A stretch of DNA of 64,000 nucleotides, taken from positions 4,992,001 to 5,056,000 of the forward strand of contig OY970303.1 of assembly GCA_963716255.1 (NCBI GenBank). Direction: 5' to 3'. Source of the DNA: an uncultured Gemmatimonadales bacterium (GTDB lineage: Bacteria > Gemmatimonadota > Gemmatimonadetes > Longimicrobiales > Longimicrobiaceae). The notes under the pieces were generated by a model. That model saw only the letters and a list, made by a program, of their open reading frames with translations. It did no database searches and had not been told where the DNA came from. This document shows positions 18,307-26,641 of the stretch, piece after piece; the first letter of the stretch is position 1; every line of letters begins with the position of its first letter. The translations under genes were made by a program, and so were the position numbers.

Positions 18307-19950
18307 GTGCCGACCATCACCGTCCTCAGCTGGAACGTCGAGAAGCTGGGCGAAGGCAAGACGACCAGGCTGGCGACGGACCCCAACCTGTCGGAGATCG
18401 TCCCGTTCATCGCCCTCGTGATCGCCCGCACGGGCGCCGAGCTGGTGGGGATCATGGAGATCAACGGCGGGATGGGCCCCCGCATCCGCGACTGGCTGGT
18501 CCGGCTCCTCAACAACGTGCCTGGCACCGTGGGCGCGCCGTGGCAGGGGCGCCTGAGCACCCGGCAGGACGGCGGCACCCAGGAAGAATACCTCTACCTC
18601 TGGAAGGAGCAGCCCGGCCGGCTCGTGCTGGACACGGCCGCGTTCCCCAGCGCCACGTCGCTGATCGGCGTGGTGGACCGCAACCTCCTCGCGGAGTTCG
18701 CACGGCTGCTGGCGTGGACGCCGGCCCAGGTGGACCAGCTCCTCGACGCCCTGGCGGCCAACGGGTACATCAACCACCCGTGGTTCATGGAGCGCGGCAG
18801 GCAGAAGCACACCGCGCAGTACCGGATGGTGCCCGTCCAGTGGAACGCCCTCGCCACGATGGCGGTGCCGGAGGTGGCGTTCGACCCGACGCTCGCCCAG
18901 CCGCCGGCCGCGCTCCTGGGACCGGGCGGCGCGGTGGCGCGGCAGCATCTCGCCCGGATGCTGGTGGACGCCGACATCCTGCGGTTCCTCACCTACGGGG
19001 CCCGCTCACCGTACCTCGCGAACTTCCTCGTGGGCAACCCCGGGAAGCCGCTCGCCACGGCCATCTACCACGCGCCGGGGCCGCAGGAGCAGATGTTCAC
19101 CATCGGGCCGGCCATCAACACGATCGGGATGAGCCTGCCCCTCGCCCGGGCGGCCGCGGCGGGCAACGTGCTCGTGATGGGCGACTTCAACGTGACCGCG
19201 CGCCAGATGAGCGAGCAGGTCGAGGTTTGGGGCCGCGAGAAGAACGGCCAGCCCCAGTTCTCCAAGGTGACGCCCGTCCAGCGGCAGCAGGTGTTCGCGC
19301 CCATCGTCGGGGGTACGCTGAACGCCGCGAACCTGATGAACGCGGGCGGCCAGGAACTGCGCACCACGTACGTCGGCCTCTACCAGGACGACGCCACGGC
19401 GGCCGACGACGTGCTCCTCAATGCGTACGACAAGTTCTTCTTCCACGGTGGCGCCCCCGCCGGCGGGCGGCCGATGACGCAGACGAACGAGGTGGAGGTG
19501 ATCAATCTCGCCCCGTTCCTGACGGACCGCAGCGTCTACTTCGATGCGGACCTGGCACGCTCGGCGCTGACCTTCTTCCGCGTCTTCTGCGGCGACGCGT
19601 CCCTGGACAAGGGGATCGCCGCGCTGATGCTCAAGGCGAACAGGGCGCGCCGGGCGCTCGCCCTCGCCGAGGGGAAGCTGCGGACGATCGACGGGCAGAT
19701 CGCCGCGCACGGACGGCGCCTTCCGCCCAAGAGCACGCTGACGTCGCGCCGGAACCTGCTGGTGCGAAACGTGGCCGCCGAGCAGGCGAGGCTGAACGCC
19801 GCCCAGGCCCAGGTCGCCAACGCGCGGCTGATCCAGATCTCCCTCCAGAACGCGGCCACCGTGTTCGCCACGGGGATGGGGTCCGCGGCCGCCATCCTCC
19901 GCGACGCCGTGAGCGACCACGTGCCCATCGCCGTCCAGCTCACCGCGTGA
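18307..19950 (+). CDS. DNase I-like endonuclease/exonuclease/phosphatase (EEP) protein with large insertions
   Basis: SWNVEKLG, GIMEI, QEEYLYLW, RSPYLANF, IYHAP, MGDFN, YDKFF, VSDHVPI. GTG 18307 is the likely start; the ORF is open from 18121. Confidence 0.8.
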   Translation: MPTITVLSWNVEKLGEGKTTRLATDPNLSEIVPFIALVIARTGAELVGIMEINGGMGPRIRDWLVRLLNNVPGTVGAPWQGRLSTRQDGGTQEEYLYLWKEQPGRLVLDTAAFPSATSLIGVVDRNLLAEFARLLAWTPAQVDQLLDALAANGYINHPWFMERGRQKHTAQYRMVPVQWNALATMAVPEVAFDPTLAQPPAALLGPGGAVARQHLARMLVDADILRFLTYGARSPYLANFLVGNPGKPLATAIYHAPGPQEQMFTIGPAINTIGMSLPLARAAAAGNVLVMGDFNVTARQMSEQVEVWGREKNGQPQFSKVTPVQRQQVFAPIVGGTLNAANLMNAGGQELRTTYVGLYQDDATAADDVLLNAYDKFFFHGGAPAGGRPMTQTNEVEVINLAPFLTDRSVYFDADLARSALTFFRVFCGDASLDKGIAALMLKANRARRALALAEGKLRTIDGQIAAHGRRLPPKSTLTSRRNLLVRNVAAEQARLNAAQAQVANARLIQISLQNAATVFATGMGSAAAILRDAVSDHVPIAVQLTA

Positions 19951-19960
19951 GCAGGCGCCC

Positions 19961-22900
19961 GTGACCACCGCCGACCTCCTCGCCCAGCTCCAGGCGACCT
20001 TCCCCGCCCGGGCCACGTCGGGCACCTTCGACGCCACCCGGGTGGCCGGGGGCGAGTACGCGCCCCTGCTCTCCGGGCTGGGCATCCCCCTCGCCCTGCC
20101 GCTGACCTCGGCGCAGGGGTGGCAGACGGACGGCAGCGTCGTTACCCTGAGCGGTGCTGCGACCATCGCCGTCCTCGGCGTGGAGGCGCCCGCCGTCCAC
20201 TTCCGCTTCACCCCCGGCGGCGACCACTTCGTCCTCCTGCTGGACGTGACGCTCCCGGCGGCCTGGACGTTCCCGCAATCGTTTCCGACGCTGGCGGGCG
20301 GCGTGTTCTCCTTGCTGCGGCTGGCCACGCCCGCGGACGCCGCCCTGATCGTGGCCTCGGGACGCGCGGCGGACCCGCTCCGCGGCGGGCTCTCCGTGGA
20401 CGCGGGGCTGAGCTTCACGGGGACGTTCGACGTGAACTCCAGCGCGTGGGCGGCCATCGCGTGGATCGCGGCGGACGGCCATCCGGGCGTCGTCACGGGC
20501 CCCGTCGGCTACGTGGCGGAAACGGGGGCGGTGGACATGAGGCTCCCCCTGGCCGTGGGGCGTGTCGCGCACCTGCTGGGGAGCACGGGACCGGCGCTGG
20601 ACCTGGAACTGTCGCTCTACAGCGGGTTGGACGCGGGGCTCCAGCAGTACGTCTGCGGGGTGCGCTTCGACAGCGTGCTGGAGATCGGGGGGGAGAGCGG
20701 CACGACGGAGACGCTGGACTTCTCCGCCCTGCTCGCCACGCCGGCCCAGGGCGTCCTGACCCTCACGGCGGCGGGGAGCGCCCTCTCGTTCTCGCCGGCG
20801 GACCTGGCACACTGGTTCGGACCGGGGGCGGACGTGAGCGTCTGGCTCCCCCACGGCCTGGACGACGGCGCGCTGGCGCGGGTGGACGCGCTCTCCCTGG
20901 GCATCGGCCTGGTGAGCCGTACGCTGGAGTACGCCTACGTGTCGTTGAGCGCCCTCCCCGGCAAAGTGTGGGAGATCTGGCCGGGCGTGCTGGCGGTGGG
21001 CGACCTGTCGTTCCTGTTCAGCGTGTTCGGGCCGGGGGGCGACGCGCCACAGTACTCGTACATCCTCCGCGGGCTGGTGCGGGTGGGGAACGTGCCCGTG
21101 CGCGTGCAGGGCCGGCTCCCCGAGCGGATGCTGACGGGCGCGCTGGACGTGACGGGCGAGCCCCCCACCGTCGCGGGCTTCCTCCAGGACGTGTTCGGCT
21201 TCACGGCCGGCGTCCCCGAGTCGCTGCTGGTGGCGGCGCTGGACTTCTCGCTGGACGCTGACCAGGGCATCTACACGGCCGACGTGGAGATCGCGGGCTC
21301 GTGGCTGTTCGTCTTCGGCGACGAGAACGTGCTGGAGTTCGAGGACCTGCGGCTGGGCGTGGGCTACTCGAAGGAGGGCGGGCCGTCGGGCACCATCACG
21401 GGCGTGTTCCGCGTGGACGTCCACGAGTTCACGGTGGAGCTGGACGTAGCGCGCGACAACCTCCGTCTCCGCGGCGCGTGGACGGACGACGGCGAGCCCC
21501 TCGACTACCTCCAGCTGGCCATCGCGCTGGGGATGTACGGCCTGGCGAACCCGCCCCAGGTGCTGGACCTGGCCTTCACCGGCGCCACTTTCCAGCTGGA
21601 GACGGCCGGCCCCTCGGTGTCCGTCACCGCCGAGACGGCGAAATACGGCTGCGCCGCGCTGGTGGCGGGGCGCGACGCGGCGGGCGCGTGGGGCTTCCTC
21701 TTCGGGATGGAGGCGGCGCTGGACCTGGCGCTGAACCTCACCGACATCCCCGTGGTGGGCGACCTGGTGCCGGCGGGGCTGGACGTGATCGCGCTCGACG
21801 ACCTGCGCATCGTGGCCGCCACCAAAGCGATCCCCATCTACACGGAGTCGCCCGAACTGGCCGAGGTGCTGGGCGGCGAGGTGAGCAGCGGCGTGGCGCT
21901 GTCGGTGGAAATGCGCCTGGGGACGAAGTACCGGCGGCAGTTCTCCGTGCGCTTCGGCGGCGCGGACGACGGCGCCGCGTACGACACGCCCCCGCCGCCG
22001 CAGGAGCTTCCCGGGGGCGAGCCGCCGCCGGTGGCGACGAAGCCGCCGCCGCTCCCTACGCCGACATCGGCGCCGCCTACGGCCGCGCCGGGACCGCAGT
22101 ACAACTGGGTGGAGGTACAGCGCGCGTTCGGGCCCGTGCAATTCCAGCGGATCGGCTTCAGCATCACCCCCGAGGAACGGCTGGCGGTGGCGCTGGACGG
22201 CTCCGTGTCGCTGGCAGGGCTCACGATCGCGCTCACGGGCCTCAGCGCCGAGATTCCCCTCGAAGCCCCCTATATCCCCAGCTTCGGCCTGACGGGGCTG
22301 GCCGTGGAGTACGCGGCGGCCGGGCTGGAGATCGGCGGCGCGCTGGTGAAGGTGCCCGGCCGCGACCCCGCCGAGTACTCGGGCGACCTGGTGCTGGAGG
22401 TGGAGCGCTTCGGGGCGATGGCCTTCGGCTCGTACACGACGGTGGGCGGCTCGCCGTCGCTGTTCGGGTTCCTGTTCCTCGACGTGCCGCTGGGCGGGCC
22501 CGGCTTCTTCGTGACGGGCGTGGCGGGCGGGTTCGGCTTCAACCGCACGCTGCGCCTCCCCACCATCGACACCGTCCAGAGCTACCCGCTGGTGCAGGGG
22601 GCGATGGGCACGCTCGACGCCCGCGCCACCGGGGCCGCGCTGGACGAGTACATCCAGCCCGCGCCCAACCAGTACTGGTTCGCGGTGGGGGTGCGCTTCA
22701 CCTCGTTCGGGCTGCTGCGCTCGTACGTGCTTGCCACGGTGTCGTTCGGCACGTCGGTCGAGGTGGGGCTGATGGGCGAGTCCACCCTCGCGCTCCCGTC
22801 CGCGGGCGGCGAGGAGGAGGAGGGCGCGCTGGCCCCCATCGCCGAGGCGGACCTGGTGCTGCTGGTGGACGTGGTGCCGTCGTCCGGCGTGCTGGCGGCG

Positions 22901-24295
22901 GCGGCGCAGTTGTCGCCCGCGTCGTACGTGCTGTCGAAGCAGGCGCACCTCACCGGCGGCTTCGCGTTCTACCTGTGGTTCCCGCCGTCGCCCCACGCGG
23001 GCGACTTCGTGGTGGCGCTGGGCGGCTACAACCCGTACTTCGACGCGCCCGCGCACTATCCCGCCGTGCCCCGCCTGGGGTTCACGTGGTCGCTCTCCTC
23101 CGAATTGTCGCTCACGGGGGGGCTGTACTGCGCGCTCACGCCGGGACTGGTGATGGCCGGCGGCTCGCTGAAGGCCGCGTGGAAGGGCGGGGGGCTGACC
23201 GCGTGGTTCACGGCCGAGGCGGACTTCCTCGTGCGCCTGCGCCCCTTCGCGTACGACGCGCGGGTGGCGGTGTCGGTGGGTGTCTCCTACACGCTGAACC
23301 TGGGCTTCACCTCGAAGACCCTCGCCGTGCAGGTCTCCGGCGAGGTGGACCTGTGGGGGCAGCCGTTCGGGGGGCGGGCGTGGGTGGACGCGGGTGTCGT
23401 CTCCTTCTCGTTCGACTTCGGGACGCCGCGGCCCGGCCCTGCGCCCGACCTCTCCTGGAGCGCCTTCCTCCACGCATTCCTGCCGCCCGTCGCCTCGCCG
23501 GTGACGGCGCCGGCCACCACGGCCGCCGTGCAGATGGCTGCCTCGGAGGGCGCCCCGTCGCCCACCGCGACCGACTCGCTGGTGGCCATCCACGCGTCGT
23601 CCGGCCTCCTGGGCACGTTCACCGACGGCGGCGACTCCGTGTGGCGGGTGGACCCGGCGGCGCTCCGGCTGACGGTGACCACGCAGGTCCCCTCGAAGAC
23701 CGCCTCCGTGTGGACGGCGTCGTCCCCGGCGGTGGAGGGCGCGTGGAACACGGCGTTCGGCGTGGGGCCGATGGGCGCCGCCCCCGACGCCGTCGCCGTC
23801 AGGCTCGCGATCGCCCTGCTGCGCGGCGGCCGGCCCGACGCCGACGGCTGGAGCGCGGCGGCGGTAACGGGGAACGTGCCGGCGGGCGTGTGGCTCTCCA
23901 CCGCGGCCAAAATGGACGCGCCGGCCACCGTGAACGGCGTGCTGACGGGGATCGAACTCGTCCCCGTCGTCCCGCCGCCGGACGCGACCGTTCCCGTCGC
24001 GACCTCCGCGCTGCTGGGCGACGACGCGCCGGTGCGGACGCTCGGCTGGTCATCCGTCGCGCCCCCTGCGAGCGACTCGTTCGACCAGGGCGCCGCGATG
24101 GGCGAGATGCAGCGCACCCTCGTGAACCCCTCCGTGAGCGCCGTCCGTTCCGGCGTCCTGCGCGCGCTCCGGCTCCAGGGGCTGACCACGGCCGAATCGG
24201 TGGATGTCTCCGGATTCGCCGCGATGGCGCCCGACCTGATGACGTCGCCCCCGCACCTGCGGCTGCTGGGCGAGACGCCCGCCCCTTCCGCGTGA
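19961..24295 (+). CDS. DUF6603 domain-containing large beta-rich protein (1444 aa)
   Basis: C-terminal half has WVEVQRAFGPVQFQRIG, LGGPGFFVTGVAGGFGFNR, YWFAVGVRFTSF, LTGGFAFYLWF, GDFVVALGGYNP and YPAVPRLGFTW, which I recognise as DUF6603. A Pro-rich linker precedes it. Confidence 0.82.
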   Translation: MTTADLLAQLQATFPARATSGTFDATRVAGGEYAPLLSGLGIPLALPLTSAQGWQTDGSVVTLSGAATIAVLGVEAPAVHFRFTPGGDHFVLLLDVTLPAAWTFPQSFPTLAGGVFSLLRLATPADAALIVASGRAADPLRGGLSVDAGLSFTGTFDVNSSAWAAIAWIAADGHPGVVTGPVGYVAETGAVDMRLPLAVGRVAHLLGSTGPALDLELSLYSGLDAGLQQYVCGVRFDSVLEIGGESGTTETLDFSALLATPAQGVLTLTAAGSALSFSPADLAHWFGPGADVSVWLPHGLDDGALARVDALSLGIGLVSRTLEYAYVSLSALPGKVWEIWPGVLAVGDLSFLFSVFGPGGDAPQYSYILRGLVRVGNVPVRVQGRLPERMLTGALDVTGEPPTVAGFLQDVFGFTAGVPESLLVAALDFSLDADQGIYTADVEIAGSWLFVFGDENVLEFEDLRLGVGYSKEGGPSGTITGVFRVDVHEFTVELDVARDNLRLRGAWTDDGEPLDYLQLAIALGMYGLANPPQVLDLAFTGATFQLETAGPSVSVTAETAKYGCAALVAGRDAAGAWGFLFGMEAALDLALNLTDIPVVGDLVPAGLDVIALDDLRIVAATKAIPIYTESPELAEVLGGEVSSGVALSVEMRLGTKYRRQFSVRFGGADDGAAYDTPPPPQELPGGEPPPVATKPPPLPTPTSAPPTAAPGPQYNWVEVQRAFGPVQFQRIGFSITPEERLAVALDGSVSLAGLTIALTGLSAEIPLEAPYIPSFGLTGLAVEYAAAGLEIGGALVKVPGRDPAEYSGDLVLEVERFGAMAFGSYTTVGGSPSLFGFLFLDVPLGGPGFFVTGVAGGFGFNRTLRLPTIDTVQSYPLVQGAMGTLDARATGAALDEYIQPAPNQYWFAVGVRFTSFGLLRSYVLATVSFGTSVEVGLMGESTLALPSAGGEEEEGALAPIAEADLVLLVDVVPSSGVLAAAAQLSPASYVLSKQAHLTGGFAFYLWFPPSPHAGDFVVALGGYNPYFDAPAHYPAVPRLGFTWSLSSELSLTGGLYCALTPGLVMAGGSLKAAWKGGGLTAWFTAEADFLVRLRPFAYDARVAVSVGVSYTLNLGFTSKTLAVQVSGEVDLWGQPFGGRAWVDAGVVSFSFDFGTPRPGPAPDLSWSAFLHAFLPPVASPVTAPATTAAVQMAASEGAPSPTATDSLVAIHASSGLLGTFTDGGDSVWRVDPAALRLTVTTQVPSKTASVWTASSPAVEGAWNTAFGVGPMGAAPDAVAVRLAIALLRGGRPDADGWSAAAVTGNVPAGVWLSTAAKMDAPATVNGVLTGIELVPVVPPPDATVPVATSALLGDDAPVRTLGWSSVAPPASDSFDQGAAMGEMQRTLVNPSVSAVRSGVLRALRLQGLTTAESVDVSGFAAMAPDLMTSPPHLRLLGETPAPSA

Positions 24296-24302
24296 CCCGG
24301 CC

Positions 24303-25658
24303 ATGAGCGACCCGGACGGCACCCTCCCCGCCGGGGCGGACGTCACCTTCGTCCAGTACCTGCTGCCCCCGCTGCGCAGCGGCGAGGTGACCGTTTCCGC
24401 CGCGCAGATCGTGGAGGCGGCGGGCGCGGCGCAGACCTTCGTGACCTCGCAGCGGATGTCCGTGGCCGGCGCGCGGTACCGGCTGGGCACCGACGACGTG
24501 GCCGGCGTCTTCCCCCCGCCGGGGAGCCAGGGCGAGTTCGCCGACGTCCTGCCGCACGTCGTCCTCGCGTCGCCCACGCTGCCGTGGCAGCGCGCGGCGG
24601 ACCCGGCGGCCACCCCGCCCGCGGCGGGCGCGCCGGTGGCCACGTGGATGGCGGTGCTCCCCTTCCGTGCGCTGGACCCGCCGCCCGTGCCGCAGGCCGT
24701 CACGCTGGGCGAGCTGACGCCGTCGGGCACCGTCTTCTTCCCCCCGCGATCCACCGAGCCGGGCGAGAACGACGCCGACCCGGTGACGGTGATCGACGTG
24801 CCCGTGGCGCTGTTCGCGGCGGTGGCACCCACGGCGGCGGACCTGGACTGGCTCGCGCACGTGCGCCGCGTGGACGTCCGCGCACGCCCGGCCGGCGACG
24901 GGCCGCCGCGCTCCGACTTCGGGGTGGTGATGGGGAACCGGCTGGGGCTGCCGGGGCAGGCGACGACGGCGGTTCTCGTGTCGCTCGAGGGATGGGCGCC
25001 GTACCTCCCCGCGAAGGACGGGACGCCGTCTCCCCATCTCCCCGAGCCGGCGGAGACGGTGCGGCTCGTCGTCCTCCATCACTGGACGTACAGCGCGGTC
25101 GATCAGCAGCAGACGTTCGAGGGGCTGCTGACGGCGGTGAGCACGTCGCCCTCCGGCATCCAGCTCCCGATGAACGGCCCGGCGGCGGGCGATGCCTCGG
25201 CGGACGCGCTCGTGGCCGACGCCGGCGCGATGGGCTACACGGCGATGGACCACGCGCTGCTGAACGGCGATTCCACCGTCTCCTGGTACCGCGGGCCGCT
25301 GCTGCCGCTGGGCACGCCGCGGTTCGTGGCGCCGCCGTACGCCGCCGCCTCGCCGCTGCTGCGGTACGACCCCACGACGGGGATGTTCGACGTCACGTAC
25401 GCCGCCGCCTGGTCGCTGGGCCGGCTGCTGGCGCTGCGCGACAACGCGTTCGCCACGGCGCTATACCGCTGGAAGCTCACGCAGGCGCGCTCGGCCGTGG
25501 CCGCGCTGGAGACGGCGCTGCTGGACGAGACGCTGGGCGATCTCCTGCCGCTCGCCGCCGGCACCGCGGGCGAGGCGCGCCGGGCCCGCTTCGCCGCCGC
25601 GGCGGCCAGGGTGGCCGCGCCGGCCGCCGCCCGCCTTGCCGCCGACTCCGCACCCTGA
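24303..25658 (+). CDS. Conserved hypothetical protein of DUF6603 clusters (451 aa)
   Basis: VFPP, LPHVVL..TLPWQR, LAHVRRV, VSLEG, TVSWYRGPL, LLRYDPTTGMFDVTYAAAWSLGRLLAL. Starts 7 bp after the DUF6603 gene. Confidence 0.8.
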   Translation: MSDPDGTLPAGADVTFVQYLLPPLRSGEVTVSAAQIVEAAGAAQTFVTSQRMSVAGARYRLGTDDVAGVFPPPGSQGEFADVLPHVVLASPTLPWQRAADPAATPPAAGAPVATWMAVLPFRALDPPPVPQAVTLGELTPSGTVFFPPRSTEPGENDADPVTVIDVPVALFAAVAPTAADLDWLAHVRRVDVRARPAGDGPPRSDFGVVMGNRLGLPGQATTAVLVSLEGWAPYLPAKDGTPSPHLPEPAETVRLVVLHHWTYSAVDQQQTFEGLLTAVSTSPSGIQLPMNGPAAGDASADALVADAGAMGYTAMDHALLNGDSTVSWYRGPLLPLGTPRFVAPPYAAASPLLRYDPTTGMFDVTYAAAWSLGRLLALRDNAFATALYRWKLTQARSAVAALETALLDETLGDLLPLAAGTAGEARRARFAAAAARVAAPAAARLAADSAP

Positions 25659-25665
25659 GGACGCC

Positions 25666-26565
25666 GTGGCCCGACAGCTTCCCCGCATCGACCTCCGCTC
25701 GCGCGCGCTGCGCCTGGACCCGGCGCCCCCGGTCGCCGTGGACGCCGCCCAGGGGAGCGACCTGCCGCTCGTGGTTGCCTGGATGACGCGGCTGCACCTG
25801 CTGCACGGCGTCCCGTTCAACTACCTGGTGCCCGACGAGCGGATGCTCCCGGCGGAGTCGCTCCGCTTCTTCCGGCTGGACGAGAACTGGATGGGCGCCC
25901 TGCTGGACGGCGCCTACTCCATCGGCTTCGCGGGCGCCGCCGAGCCCACCTCCCGGGCCGCGCGCCCGCAGGTGATGGCCGCCGCGCGCGTCGCCACCCC
26001 CCGCGTCCGTCAGGACCTCCTCGCGGCGCCGCGGACGATGGCGGCGACATCGTCCATCGTCGCGCGGGACGAGCCGACCGGCGGAGGCGGCCCGGTGAGC
26101 GGCTTCCTCCTCCGCTCCGCCGTGGTGGCGGGATGGCCGGGCGTGGAGGTGCGCGGCTGGGCCGACGCCGCGGGCACGCAGCCGCTGGCCCTGCTGCGGC
26201 TGGAGGCGGTCGCTCCCTCGCTCCTCCTCTGTCTGTTCGACGGCGTGGCGGCGGCGGTGGAGCTGCGCGAGCCGGCCGAGGCGCTGCACTTCGGCGTGGA
26301 GGCGGCGGAGGGCGGCTGGCAGAAGGCCACGCGCTACGCCGCCCCCGTGGACGGCCACGCGGCGGGCGACTTCACCGGCGTGACGGTGGCCGTGCCCCTG
26401 CGCTCGGCGGAGACGGGGGTGGTGGACGTGTCCACCCTCGCCACGGTGCTGGGGGGCGCGGCATTCGGCGGGTCGCCGCCGGAGAATGCCGTGTTCACGG
26501 CCGCCGAGTTCGGGCTGGAGATGGTGGAGGGCGTGCAGGTGGTTCGCTTCCAGGCGGACGGCTGA
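25666..26565 (+). CDS. Conserved hypothetical protein of DUF6603 clusters (299 aa)
   Basis: RBS GAGGA before GTG. Motifs LHGVPFNYLVPDERMLPAESLRFFRLDENW, GFLLRSAVVAGWPG and EPAEALHFG. Confidence 0.8.
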   Translation: MARQLPRIDLRSRALRLDPAPPVAVDAAQGSDLPLVVAWMTRLHLLHGVPFNYLVPDERMLPAESLRFFRLDENWMGALLDGAYSIGFAGAAEPTSRAARPQVMAAARVATPRVRQDLLAAPRTMAATSSIVARDEPTGGGGPVSGFLLRSAVVAGWPGVEVRGWADAAGTQPLALLRLEAVAPSLLLCLFDGVAAAVELREPAEALHFGVEAAEGGWQKATRYAAPVDGHAAGDFTGVTVAVPLRSAETGVVDVSTLATVLGGAAFGGSPPENAVFTAAEFGLEMVEGVQVVRFQADG

Positions 26566-26641
26566 CGCGCGAGTGACCGACCGGAGAGAGGCCGCCCTCC
26601 GCGCCCTCCCGAGAACCCGAACCGGGACGTCCCGGCCCCGA

